Shown: one piece after another, positions 19,960 through 29,867 of the stretch
Layout: each line of letters begins with the position of its first letter
Position numbering within the stretch: the first letter of the stretch is position 1
From: a virus
Length of the DNA stretch: 64,000 nt
Virus record (IMG/VR): IMGVR_UViG_3300035698_024877
Span: 1-64,000 of that record
Reading direction: 5' to 3' (one strand)
The notes under the pieces: model-generated
The model's database searches: none
Seen by the model: only the letters and a program-made list of their open reading frames with translations
Told to the model about the DNA's origin: nothing
Program-made: the position numbers and the translations under genes

Positions 19960-21420
19960 ATGAAACTAATTAGACCATATTTTGAAATTCAAACTGATTT
20001 TGATGGTGTAGATGTTTTGCGAACCATTGAAAAGTATGGCAGAGTTTGCTATAAGACAGAAGAAAAAGTAACAGATACATCATATATTCCTTTTATTAAA
20101 AACATTATGAAACGGGGGCATTTATCAGTTATAGAGCATTCTTTGGTTACAGTTAGGTTTATAATTGATAGAGGTGTATCCCATGAACTGGTTAGGCATC
20201 GTTTAGCATCTCTATCCCAGGAAAGCACCCGCTATGTAGGATATTCTGATAGAGTCTATAAAAATAATAAAATGACAGAAGATGAAGTATGTGAATTATA
20301 TGAATTAGGAAACTCAATGAAGAGGGTATCAGAAATTTCTGATGAAAAATATACTGAATGGGATATATACAAGATTCTTAATAAAAATAGTATAAAAAGA
20401 AGAAATCTAGGAAACACTGGCGTCATTTCTGAAAATTTCTTTGATATAATAGACACTCCAGAAAAAGCGTACTTATTGGGGTTTATTCAAGCAGACGGAA
20501 ATTTACGTAAAGATTCATGTCAGATAACAATAACACAAAAGGATGGTTGGTTTATAGAAAGAATGTTAAGAGATTTTATAAAACCTAATTTATCGTCATG
20601 TAATGATGGAAATTGTAAATCATATTCTTTCTCAAACAAAAAATTATATAGCAATTTGTTAAAAGTTGGAATTGTACCAAACAAGACATATAGTATGACA
20701 GATTTTAATGCAACCGCATTATGGAAAAGTGTTTCCAGTGATCTTAAGTGGGATTTTTTAAGAGGTTTACTTGATGGAGATGGCAGTTTAAGGTTTTTTA
20801 AACAGAATAATAAAGGGAAAACAGATTCTTGTAATATTAATTGGACTGGAAACAAATTTTTGTTAGAGCATATATCTTTATATTTAAAAGAAAAATTTAT
20901 GTATGAACCAACTGTACGTAAAGTACATGGTTCTAAAATTTTATATAGAATAATAATCTCTTCTCCAAAAGTTGGAGAAGAGGTATGTAAAAAAATGTAC
21001 TCAAATTTTGTTTTTCCTTATGGGCACCCTGTAAAAACAAGCAGAGCATTTGAAAGAATAAATTTTGATTATAATATAGCACAATGGGGATGTGAAAAAT
21101 TTCAAGCAATAATACCAATTTGGTGCAATAAATTAACTCCAGAATTTTGGATATGGGCAGAAGCTATGGACAAATCAGAAGATGCATATTCCGATTTAAT
21201 AGGTTTAGGTTGGGCACCTGAACAAGCAAGGAGCGTATTACCTAACTCACTTAAAACAGAAGTAATTATGTCAGCTAATTTAAGAGAGTGGTTACACATA
21301 TTTAAAGTGCGGACAGATAAAGCCGCACACCCACAGATGAGAGAAATTATGATTCCACTTTGCGAAGAATTTAAAAGAAGAATTCCTATAATTTTTGATA
21401 ACATAGTTTTGGAGAAGTAA
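19960..21420 (+). CDS. thyX: Flavin-dependent thymidylate synthase ThyX with an in-frame LAGLIDADG insertion
   Basis: GRVCY, GHLSVIEH, RGVSHELVRHR..S.SQESTRY, EQARSVLP, NLREW, AAHPQMRE. Confidence 0.93.
   Translation: MKLIRPYFEIQTDFDGVDVLRTIEKYGRVCYKTEEKVTDTSYIPFIKNIMKRGHLSVIEHSLVTVRFIIDRGVSHELVRHRLASLSQESTRYVGYSDRVYKNNKMTEDEVCELYELGNSMKRVSEISDEKYTEWDIYKILNKNSIKRRNLGNTGVISENFFDIIDTPEKAYLLGFIQADGNLRKDSCQITITQKDGWFIERMLRDFIKPNLSSCNDGNCKSYSFSNKKLYSNLLKVGIVPNKTYSMTDFNATALWKSVSSDLKWDFLRGLLDGDGSLRFFKQNNKGKTDSCNINWTGNKFLLEHISLYLKEKFMYEPTVRKVHGSKILYRIIISSPKVGEEVCKKMYSNFVFPYGHPVKTSRAFERINFDYNIAQWGCEKFQAIIPIWCNKLTPEFWIWAEAMDKSEDAYSDLIGLGWAPEQARSVLPNSLKTEVIMSANLREWLHIFKVRTDKAAHPQMREIMIPLCEEFKRRIPIIFDNIVLEK
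20248..21075 (+). mobile_element. HTH plus double-motif LAGLIDADG homing endonuclease inserted in thyX (boundaries approximate)
   Basis: NFFDIIDTPEKAYLLGFIQADG and DFLRGLLDGDGS; no intein Cys1 or His-Asn splice junctions visible. Confidence 0.85.
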
Positions 21421-21799
21421 GGATGGTAGTTTTTAATATGAATCCAAGCGTAGCTTTAAAAAGCTCGGCGTTGATTAAACAACTGCATTTGAAGTGTGCA
21501 GAATTAGATTGGAAAGAGTCTATAGAAAAGGAAAATTCTTTTTCGTTTAGCATAGCAGATTATACTATTCAAATTAACAGGCATATCCCATCCCAACATT
21601 CTTCAGAATCAATTTATTACACAATAGAGATTTATGATTGGAATGCTACTATTATTGAGCAATTAAATGTTAGAGATTTCCAAGGTGAAATGCCAAATAA
21701 TTGGGCGATGTTTAAGAGAATTTTTATTGTAGCAAGAAGAATAGCTATGGATGTAAATAAAGCTTATGATGTAATTTTATCTGATTTAGAGGAATGCGA

Positions 21800-22522
21800 A
21801 TGAAAGTTTCAATTTTTATGCCTGTGTATAAGAAGAACTATGCTTTGCCAGCAGTTCTTTATTCTTTAAGCCTTCAAAAAGTTGATTTTGAGTATCAGCT
21901 TTGTGTAATTGATGATTGTTGCCCAGAAATGCCTTGGGCAATAATTAAAACATATTTTCCTAATGCTAAATATAAACGTCTTGACCAACACCATTCATTT
22001 GATATGGTAATGGGGTTTTGTTTTGATTTTGTTCCTAAAGAAACAGAAATAATAATTATGATGAGCGCAGACGTTGTTTGTAGTAATGAAAAGGTTTTGC
22101 AAACACTTTATGATAATTGCCTTCCTAATCAAGCAGCTTTTGCTACTGTAGCTAATGCATCTAAACAATTAACAGAAACTTGTAATGATATGAAAGAATT
22201 TTATAATTGGCTATCATTAGTAAATGAAGATTGGAAAATAACTCCGCCACAAATAAGATCTGGAAAGACAGCTTATCAGGATTACTTCTTTCTTGGAGCT
22301 ATTAGAAAGGAAGATATGGAGATGTTTGATAATATTAAAAAGCCGTTTTGTGATGTGATGTTACATTACAATATTGCTAATTATGGGATTAAATGCTTTT
22401 ATCCTGAAAACACTTTTGGTATTCATTTGTGGCATGAGCCAACTTTGTTAAAGTGTGCAAACATGGACATATGTAATTATATTTGCAAACTCAAAAAACA
22501 TTTTACAGGGGAATGGAGATGA
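21800..22522 (+). CDS. GT-A fold glycosyltransferase, paralog 4
   Basis: VSIFMPVYKK, CVIDDCC, SADV, FCD, HLWH-x6-C-x5-C-x3-C. Confidence 0.82.
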   Translation: MKVSIFMPVYKKNYALPAVLYSLSLQKVDFEYQLCVIDDCCPEMPWAIIKTYFPNAKYKRLDQHHSFDMVMGFCFDFVPKETEIIIMMSADVVCSNEKVLQTLYDNCLPNQAAFATVANASKQLTETCNDMKEFYNWLSLVNEDWKITPPQIRSGKTAYQDYFFLGAIRKEDMEMFDNIKKPFCDVMLHYNIANYGIKCFYPENTFGIHLWHEPTLLKCANMDICNYICKLKKHFTGEWR

Positions 22523-22754
22523 GTACACCCCTAACATTTAGTGAATTTGAAAAAATGTGGAAGTATAATAATGCTATGATTGAGAAAATAGAGAAACAAC
22601 AAAATGATAGATTAGGGAATTATGTAAAGTATTTAAAAAGTATTGGCTGTGGTAAGATTCAGATAAGAAGATTACTTGAAGATTTGCTTACATATGAAAA
22701 CACATGGGCAATAGTTCCTAATTTTAATATAGAAAAGTTTATAGGGAATATAGT

Positions 22755-23816
22755 ATGATAGTTTTTTGTATTGGTGGCAGGCCTAATATTGTTAAGCTCT
22801 ATCCATTTATAGAGCATTTTAAAAAAATTAATTATAAACATTATAAAGTTATTTTTACAGAACAACATTATTCTAAATCTATGAGCCAAGTTTTTTTTGA
22901 TGAGTTTGGTTTCCAACCAGATTATAGGCTTGATAGGGCAGGGAAAGGGCACGCTTCTCAAACAGGATCTATCCTTCTTGAGTTAGACAAACTATTTTAT
23001 AATACACCCATTCTTGCACATGGCACTGATTTATTTGTGGTTTTTGGGGATATGAACTCCTCTCTTGCAGGAGCTTTATTTGCCCAGAAAAAAGGTTTTC
23101 CTATTGCTCATATAGAAGGTGGTTTAAGAGTTGGCAGATATGATATAGCAGAGGAGATAAATAGAAAGCTAATCGATCATATGAGCGAATATAATTTTGT
23201 AACTGAAGAGTCTGGAATGCTAAACTTACGTAAAGAAGGGCTGTATAATGGGGTTCTTGTTGGAAATGTTTTAGCCGATGCTATTAGATTAAAACGTGAA
23301 AGATTATTTGTTAATACTAAAAACCAAAAGTATTGTTTATGTACATTTCATAGACCAGAAAATGTCGATAATAATTTTAAAACTATAGTCTCTATTTTGA
23401 ATTCTATAGCTGATAAAATTCCAGTATTATTATCTGTGCATCCAAGAACAGAAAAAATGATTATGAAAAATCATACATATCTTTCATCAAATATAACGAC
23501 AATTAATCCGTTAAACTATACTGATTTTCTTAACACATTAAATAATGCTGCTTTTATTTTTACAGATAGTGGTGGTATACAGTGTGAGGCTCATATCTTA
23601 CATAAGCCATGTATAACATATAATAAACACACGCCACATAAATGTACTTTGTATCCTAATAGGATTAATTTTTTAATGCAAGATAGTAAAGATATCCTTG
23701 CTATTGTTGAAGACATATTAAACAATAATGTTATTTTTAGAGAGAACAGAGAACAATTTTGTTGGGATGGGTATGCCACTAAAAGAATAATAAATGTTTT
23801 AGCAAAATATTTGTAG
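22755..23816 (+). CDS. wecB: UDP-N-acetylglucosamine 2-epimerase (non-hydrolysing, WecB-like)
   Basis: GGRPNIVK, TEQHY, GDMNS, HIEGGLR, EEINR, TFHRPENVD, HPRT, TDSGGIQ.EA, WDG.AT.RI. Confidence 0.93.
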   Translation: MIVFCIGGRPNIVKLYPFIEHFKKINYKHYKVIFTEQHYSKSMSQVFFDEFGFQPDYRLDRAGKGHASQTGSILLELDKLFYNTPILAHGTDLFVVFGDMNSSLAGALFAQKKGFPIAHIEGGLRVGRYDIAEEINRKLIDHMSEYNFVTEESGMLNLRKEGLYNGVLVGNVLADAIRLKRERLFVNTKNQKYCLCTFHRPENVDNNFKTIVSILNSIADKIPVLLSVHPRTEKMIMKNHTYLSSNITTINPLNYTDFLNTLNNAAFIFTDSGGIQCEAHILHKPCITYNKHTPHKCTLYPNRINFLMQDSKDILAIVEDILNNNVIFRENREQFCWDGYATKRIINVLAKYL

Positions 23817-23824
23817 AAACCTAT

Positions 23825-23839
23825 TTTTAAAATATAATA
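23825..23839 (+). promoter_or_regulatory. Phage promoter motif upstream of the sbcD-like operon
   Basis: TTTTAAAATATAATA intergenic. Confidence 0.8.
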
Positions 23840-24069
23840 AAGTAAGGGGAAATTAAATGAAAAATCATTATAATTACAAATTCAATTTAGCAACAAAGTT
23901 TGGGAGGGAGTCGAATAAAACAATTACTTTTCCAAAAGAAGCTTTTCAACATTTTATTCAAGAAGAGGTATGTAAGTCAACATTATTTGGGGCCACTCTT
24001 TTACTTTTAATAGATACGAAAAGTGATAGGCGCTGGAGAGTTATAGCCGAATCTAAAGAGGAAGTTTAA

Positions 24070-25122
24070 ATGAAAAAACCGTTTGCAGTTATAATTTGTG
24101 ATCCACATTTTGATATTTATTCAAAGTTTAATAAGCAACTTGATGGTGGGAAAAATTCAAGGGCTAAATTACTTATTGATGAAGTAACTAGAATTTTTGA
24201 TTATGCTGTAGAAAATAATATCAAAAATGTATTTATTTTGGGGGATGTCTTTAATTCTGCTGAAGTTATTAAAACAGCATTATTTAATGATATTGTAGAT
24301 TTATTTTCTTATGGGAGACAACTCGATTTAGCTATTAAAGTTATTGCTGGAAATCATGATTATTTTTCTTATCATGAGCATAGCGCATTACATTCTCTAA
24401 AGAATATTATACATATTATTGATGGAAGAAATTATATAACAAAGATTTGTAATTTTAAGATAACTTTTGCTCCCTATACTTCAAATGGAGAAAGCCTTTC
24501 TAATATTGATAATGATGGTGATATTCTTTTTTGCCATCAATCTGTAGATGGGGTTCAGATTGGTTCATATGAATTAGTAAAGCAGAAAGACGCTATTGAT
24601 GCTAAAAAGCTTTTTAAAAAATTTAGTGTTATTATTTCTGGGCACATTCATAAAAAACAAATTTGTGATGGGGTTATTTTTCCTGGGTCTATTGCACAAA
24701 AAGATTTTGGTGATGAAGGAATAAAAAAGTATTTCTCTGTTTTGTATGATGATTTGTCTATTGAGTATGTGCCAACACAACACCCCAACTTTTTTGTTAT
24801 TGACTATCTTGAAGGTGATGATAGAAAGGCTATTAGGAATGATAAAAGTGTTATTTATGAAGATGTAGAAAAAGATTTTATTAAAGTCAAAGCCTCTAAA
24901 GCTTTATGGGGAAGATTAAGCCAAACAACTTATAAGGATAGAAATGTAATCGTTGAATTAAAACCAGAGAAAAGTATTACTGCCGTTCGTATTAAAATAG
25001 ATGATCTTTCTGATAATAAAAAAGCACTTACTAACTATTTATCTTTTGTGTGTAAGAATGATGAATGGGTTTTAAAGCATAAAAAAGAACTTTTAGAAAA
25101 AGGATTGGAGTACTTAAAATAA
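24070..25122 (+). CDS. SbcD/Mre11/gp47-like nuclease
   Basis: DPH, LGDVF, GNHD, HQ, SGHIH, PGS...DFGD metallophosphoesterase motifs. Confidence 0.92.
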   Translation: MKKPFAVIICDPHFDIYSKFNKQLDGGKNSRAKLLIDEVTRIFDYAVENNIKNVFILGDVFNSAEVIKTALFNDIVDLFSYGRQLDLAIKVIAGNHDYFSYHEHSALHSLKNIIHIIDGRNYITKICNFKITFAPYTSNGESLSNIDNDGDILFCHQSVDGVQIGSYELVKQKDAIDAKKLFKKFSVIISGHIHKKQICDGVIFPGSIAQKDFGDEGIKKYFSVLYDDLSIEYVPTQHPNFFVIDYLEGDDRKAIRNDKSVIYEDVEKDFIKVKASKALWGRLSQTTYKDRNVIVELKPEKSITAVRIKIDDLSDNKKALTNYLSFVCKNDEWVLKHKKELLEKGLEYLK

Positions 25123-25969
25123 ATAATTATATGGTGAGTTAAAATGATGAATGAGCCTTCCTTTTGCGTGTGGGATGAAAAGATACCTTTTTGTGTATGG
25201 TGTAAAGTTAAGCCTGTTTCTTGGAATTTAATAACATCTCGCTATACTGATTTTTGTAATGAAATACAATATAGTAAGATATTAATTGCAAGTGAGCTTG
25301 AAGAAGATTCTTGTTTTAAACAATATTTGGCTGCTCTTATTTGTGGGGATAAAAGAGCAGTGGCTATATATAATGGGGGTTAAAATGCCAGAAATGAATA
25401 ATTTTAGATTAGTTGTAGTTGATAAATTTCCTGATTGTTGTTTTGTTTGCAAAAGTGCCGAAATGGAATATGAATGGGAAGTTAATTGTTCTAATAAAAT
25501 AAGGGGTTATATTGGTGGATTGGATTATCCAAAGATTTGGACTGTTTGTGATAAATTTGAAAGATGTGATAAAAATATTTTTGAAAAGCAATAAAAATTT
25601 GGGGGATAAAAATGGAATTAAAAGATTTTGGGTATAGTAATAATGAAAAAATTTGTTATCATTGTGTATATTGTAACTACTATCATGATTTTTCTTATCC
25701 ATTGGCTTCTTTAGGAGCAGCACAGCAAATTCCCCCAACCGACTGTTGGTATTGTGTAAAGATTGATACAAGTGCTATTGGTGAACCACCTTCTGTAGGG
25801 GCGCGGGTTGATAAGAATGGGTCTTGTGATTATCATGAAATGAAGGCTTATGATACTACGATAAGTTGTTCTCCAGCAGCTACTACTGATTCAACTTTTT
25901 GTGATTTAAAAACAATAGATGAGAAGAAGGTAAATACTAAAATTATATCTTGGATAGATAGGTTAAAAA

Positions 25970-27817
25970 ATGTTTTCTAAAGTAATAGCTCAAAATTTTA
26001 TGTGTTTCCAAAATTTTGAAGTAGATTTAAAAAATAAAGGACTTACTCAGATTGTTGGCGAATCTGAAGATAGGTCTTTTACTTCTAATGGGGTAGGAAA
26101 AACTTCTATTACTGAAGCTATTATTTTTTGTTTGTTTGGGTCCACAACAAAAGGGGTTTCAGGTGATAACGTAGTTAATAAGCAAATCGATAAAGATTGT
26201 TTTGTTTCTGTTGAATTTGATGATGGTTTAATTGTTGAACGCTACAGAAAGCATTCTAAGTTTGGGAATACCCTTATTCTACGTAAAAATGGAAAAGAGT
26301 TTCAAAAGAAAACGGTTAGAGAAACCGAAAAAGTTCTTTTGGAGAGGTTAAATTTATCACAAGACATCTTTCAAATTCTTTCTTACGTTTCTCAAGAAAA
26401 TGCCAGCTTCTTTATTGATTCTACAGATGTAAACCAAAAAACTGTGCTTGATAAAATTTTAAATCTTACAAAGTTTAAAAATGCACATGAAAATGTAGTT
26501 TTAGATATAGATAATATCAACATTCTTCTAAATGAATCAGAACATATGATCAAAGAGTTTAATATTAAATTGGGGGCTTTAGTAGACAATCTTGAAGTTT
26601 TAGAAAGAAATAAAAAAGAATATGAAGAAATTCAGGATAAAAAAAGATGGGAGTTGAAAGGAGAAAAAGATAAAATAAAGGAGGGTTTAAAGCCCTTATA
26701 TTCTGAACTTGAGAAATTTGAATTTACTCTCTCTAATTTAGACTACGATGAAAATATAGATGATATAATTGAAGGTAAGAAAATTGAAATTGGTAAAGTG
26801 CGAGTTCGGTTTCTTACTGTTGAAAAAGAAAAGATTAGGCTCGATGGTGAATGCAGATTCCATACAAAAAAAATAGAAACTATAGAAAATGGAGAATGTC
26901 CAACTTGTGGATCTAAATTTGAAGGTTCTAATAAAGATGATTTAATAAATTCATTTAAAGACATACTAATACCTTTAAATGAAAGTTTAAATGAGAACGA
27001 TATAAAACAATCTGAATTTAAAGATAGCCTTAACACTTTAAATAAAGAGATAGAAGATTTGGAAAGACAATCAAAAGAGTCTTTTAGAGAACAAGAAAAA
27101 TTAAAAAATAATGTTAAGTTAAAGGGCAGAGAAATAGAAAATTTAGTTTCTAAATTAGCTGAGATAGAAGAAAGAATTGATGAGAAAGATACGACTATAG
27201 ATAATTTAGTAAAAGATGTGGAGAAAGTTAAAGTTAGTGTTATTAAATTAGCAGACAACATTGAAGAAGAAGAAAAAATAGAAATCGGGTATATAGCAGA
27301 AAAGAAGTTGCTTTCTTTTTGGGAAAAGTCTTTTAGTAAAAAAGGAATTAGGAGCTTTATTTTAGATAATGTGATTGATAGCTTTAATGAGCAAATTAAT
27401 CATTACCTTTCTGAAATTGGTTATAATAATATTCAAGTTATGTTTTCTAATAAATCAATTCTTAAATCTGGAGAAGAGCGGGAAAGGATTTCTTTTACTA
27501 TTACTATTGATTCCTTAGAATATGATTATCAATCACTTTCAGGAGGTGAAAAGACAAGGCTTAACATAGCAGTTTTATTTGCTTTGAGAGATTTAGTAAC
27601 TACAAACAAAAGTAATATCCTTGTTTTAGATGAAACATTTTCGTTTCTTGATTTGGCTGGATGTGAGGCTGTTATTTCCTTACTTAAAAATAAGTTATCA
27701 GAGAAGAGTGGCTTAGACAGCATTTTTATTGTTAATCATAACGCGTTATTAGATACTTTTGTTTCAGATAAGCTTGTGGTTCGAAGAGATGGCCAATTTA
27801 GTAATGTTTTAAGTTAA
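25970..27817 (+). CDS. SbcC/Rad50/gp46-like ATPase
   Basis: NGVGKTS Walker A, coiled coil with CPTC zinc hook, LSGGEK signature, LDE Walker B, NH. Confidence 0.95.
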   Translation: MFSKVIAQNFMCFQNFEVDLKNKGLTQIVGESEDRSFTSNGVGKTSITEAIIFCLFGSTTKGVSGDNVVNKQIDKDCFVSVEFDDGLIVERYRKHSKFGNTLILRKNGKEFQKKTVRETEKVLLERLNLSQDIFQILSYVSQENASFFIDSTDVNQKTVLDKILNLTKFKNAHENVVLDIDNINILLNESEHMIKEFNIKLGALVDNLEVLERNKKEYEEIQDKKRWELKGEKDKIKEGLKPLYSELEKFEFTLSNLDYDENIDDIIEGKKIEIGKVRVRFLTVEKEKIRLDGECRFHTKKIETIENGECPTCGSKFEGSNKDDLINSFKDILIPLNESLNENDIKQSEFKDSLNTLNKEIEDLERQSKESFREQEKLKNNVKLKGREIENLVSKLAEIEERIDEKDTTIDNLVKDVEKVKVSVIKLADNIEEEEKIEIGYIAEKKLLSFWEKSFSKKGIRSFILDNVIDSFNEQINHYLSEIGYNNIQVMFSNKSILKSGEERERISFTITIDSLEYDYQSLSGGEKTRLNIAVLFALRDLVTTNKSNILVLDETFSFLDLAGCEAVISLLKNKLSEKSGLDSIFIVNHNALLDTFVSDKLVVRRDGQFSNVLS

Positions 27818-28990
27818 AAAGAGCTTGAATTTTATGGGTATTAATTGGTGTTCACGATTTGAGAGAAAATTATCAAATGAGCGATAATAAGGAAAAATAT
27901 TTTTGTTATGTCTGTAAAGCAATAGGAGCAACGTTTTCAAGTGATATAGATACCCAACCTTGTTATATATGTAATAGATATGTTTGCAAAAAGCATTCAT
28001 TTATTAAAGGAAAAAGAAGTACACATTGTTTATGTCCAGAGCATTCTCCTGTAGGAATGTTTTGGTATGAGAAGTCCTTTGATGGGGTTTTTATAGTATA
28101 TAGGTGGCATTGTAAATGTTGTGGTGGGAATGATTTACATTCATATCAGAAATCAAATACAATATTAATTTATGAATGTTTGGATTGCATGTATACATGG
28201 AAAGAGGAGTTTGTAGAAGTATATGGAAAAAGAGTAACTTTTAGTAAAGGAGGTAAAATTTAATTGACTGAAAAAGATTATATTGAAATTGATATTGAGG
28301 AGAAGATTAAAAATGATTGATGAAATAGGGTGTAAACCAGAATGTAAACATGTAAAGGCTAGATTACAATTAGTACAAGACCAATTCGCTTATCTTCTTC
28401 AAGAATTTAAGCGAAGCGTTTCTGCTGATGCATATCAAAATGCTTTAAAAAGACTTGATGAGATAGTTATAACAGAAGTAGAAGCATGAGGAAAAAAAAT
28501 GATGGGAAGAACTTTTTATGAAGTGATGTCTGATTGTGAATATAAAGCAAGAAAAATTCTTTGTAATACTAATAGTAAAATTTATTGGGAAGGTTATATA
28601 ACTGCTATTCAAAATATGAAAGAAGAATATAAAACTCTTATGAAGAAAAAAGAAGGGGAAAATGAGTAGAGAAGAAGTTTTTATAAGTAAACCAATAATT
28701 AAATGTGATATCTGTAGAGAGATTATTGAAGAAAATGATAGCCTTGGAATATGTATGATATGTGGAAATGATTGTTGTGCTATACATCATTTGATGTATT
28801 CACTTAAAGAAAAACAACATAGCGACATCTTAAATGGGGGAAAAAGAATGCATGACGCTATTAATAAAAAAATAAGCAAAGGGACGCAAAAAATTAGAGT
28901 TTATTTATCCTATTGTTCTAATTGCGCCCCTATACAGAAATAATTATAAATACAAAGGATTAAATAGATAAAAGGAAGAACAATAAAAAT

Positions 28991-29407
28991 ATGACAAAAA
29001 AAGAAAGTGTTTTATTTGGAATAACTAAAAAGATAAAAACAGGTTGTGGGCAATCATATGTTACAGTTAATTATCAAGATGGTGAGCCGATTCAAGTGTT
29101 TATGAATTTAGGGAAAGCTGGTAGTTGCACAAAAGCAATGTGTGAAGCTCTTGGAAAGCTCGTTACTGTAGCTTTAGAAAGTAAAGTAGATCTTTTAAAG
29201 ATTTGTAAAATATTAAAAGGTATACAATGTCCTAACCCAATATGGCAAGAAGGAAAACAAAATACATCTTGCATTGATGCTTTAGGAAAAGCTCTTGAAA
29301 TTGCAGCGCAAGAAAAAATAAAAACAAAAATAATTAAAGCAACTGATAGTAAGCCTAAGCTTACCGAGAATAAAAAAGAGCAGAAAAGCAAAGAAAAAAA
29401 AGTATAG
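28991..29407 (+). CDS. Stand-alone TSCPD-domain protein (class II RNR C-terminal, NrdJb-like)
   Basis: TGCG..YVTVN, GKAGSC, LKGIQC, TSCIDA. Confidence 0.85.
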   Translation: MTKKESVLFGITKKIKTGCGQSYVTVNYQDGEPIQVFMNLGKAGSCTKAMCEALGKLVTVALESKVDLLKICKILKGIQCPNPIWQEGKQNTSCIDALGKALEIAAQEKIKTKIIKATDSKPKLTENKKEQKSKEKKV

Positions 29408-29438
29408 TTTTTAAGAGAATTGAAAAAGGAGAGAAACA

Positions 29439-29867
29439 ATGAAAAAAATAGTAGCAATTGATTTTGATGGCGTTATACATTCTTATAGTAGTCGTTGGGT
29501 TGATTATGACGTTATTCCAGACCCACCCGTTCCTGGAGCAATTGATTTTTTGAGAAATCTTATAAAGTCAGATAAGTTTACTGTTTGTATTTTTTCAAGT
29601 AGAAACGTTCCTACAGTAGATGCAGGTAGAAAAAGAAATATGAATTATCCTCTATTTTGTGGGCAAGTAGCAATGGCTAGATACTTAGTTGAGAATGGTC
29701 TTGAACATGAATATGAAAATGAGATTGTTTATCCAATGCATAAGCCACCTGCTCATCTAACTATTGATGATAGGGCTTTTTGTTTTATAGGCGAATTTCC
29801 AGATATAGAATTTATAGAGCGCTTTATGCCTTGGAATAGTAAGGACGATGCATATGAAGAAAAATGA
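29439..29867 (+). CDS. HAD-superfamily phosphatase-like protein
   Basis: AIDFDGVIHSY, FSSR, KPPA..TIDDRA. Confidence 0.85.
   Translation: MKKIVAIDFDGVIHSYSSRWVDYDVIPDPPVPGAIDFLRNLIKSDKFTVCIFSSRNVPTVDAGRKRNMNYPLFCGQVAMARYLVENGLEHEYENEIVYPMHKPPAHLTIDDRAFCFIGEFPDIEFIERFMPWNSKDDAYEEK

Noticed and set aside
20248-21075. Canonical intein in thyX
   Set aside because: No Cys/Ser-initiated block A, no TxxH and no terminal His-Asn followed by C/S/T; reported instead as a non-splicing insertion.
16975-22522. Diversity-generating retroelement behind the GT or family A paralogs
   Set aside because: No reverse transcriptase and no near-identical TR/VR pair with adenine-specific differences were seen; the paralogs are anciently diverged.
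8874-23816. Bacterial chromosomal O-antigen locus (host contamination)
   Set aside because: The cluster is interleaved with phage-type HNH, thyX and small hypothetical genes, shares the phage promoter motif and strand, and lacks wzx, wzy, wzm and wzt.
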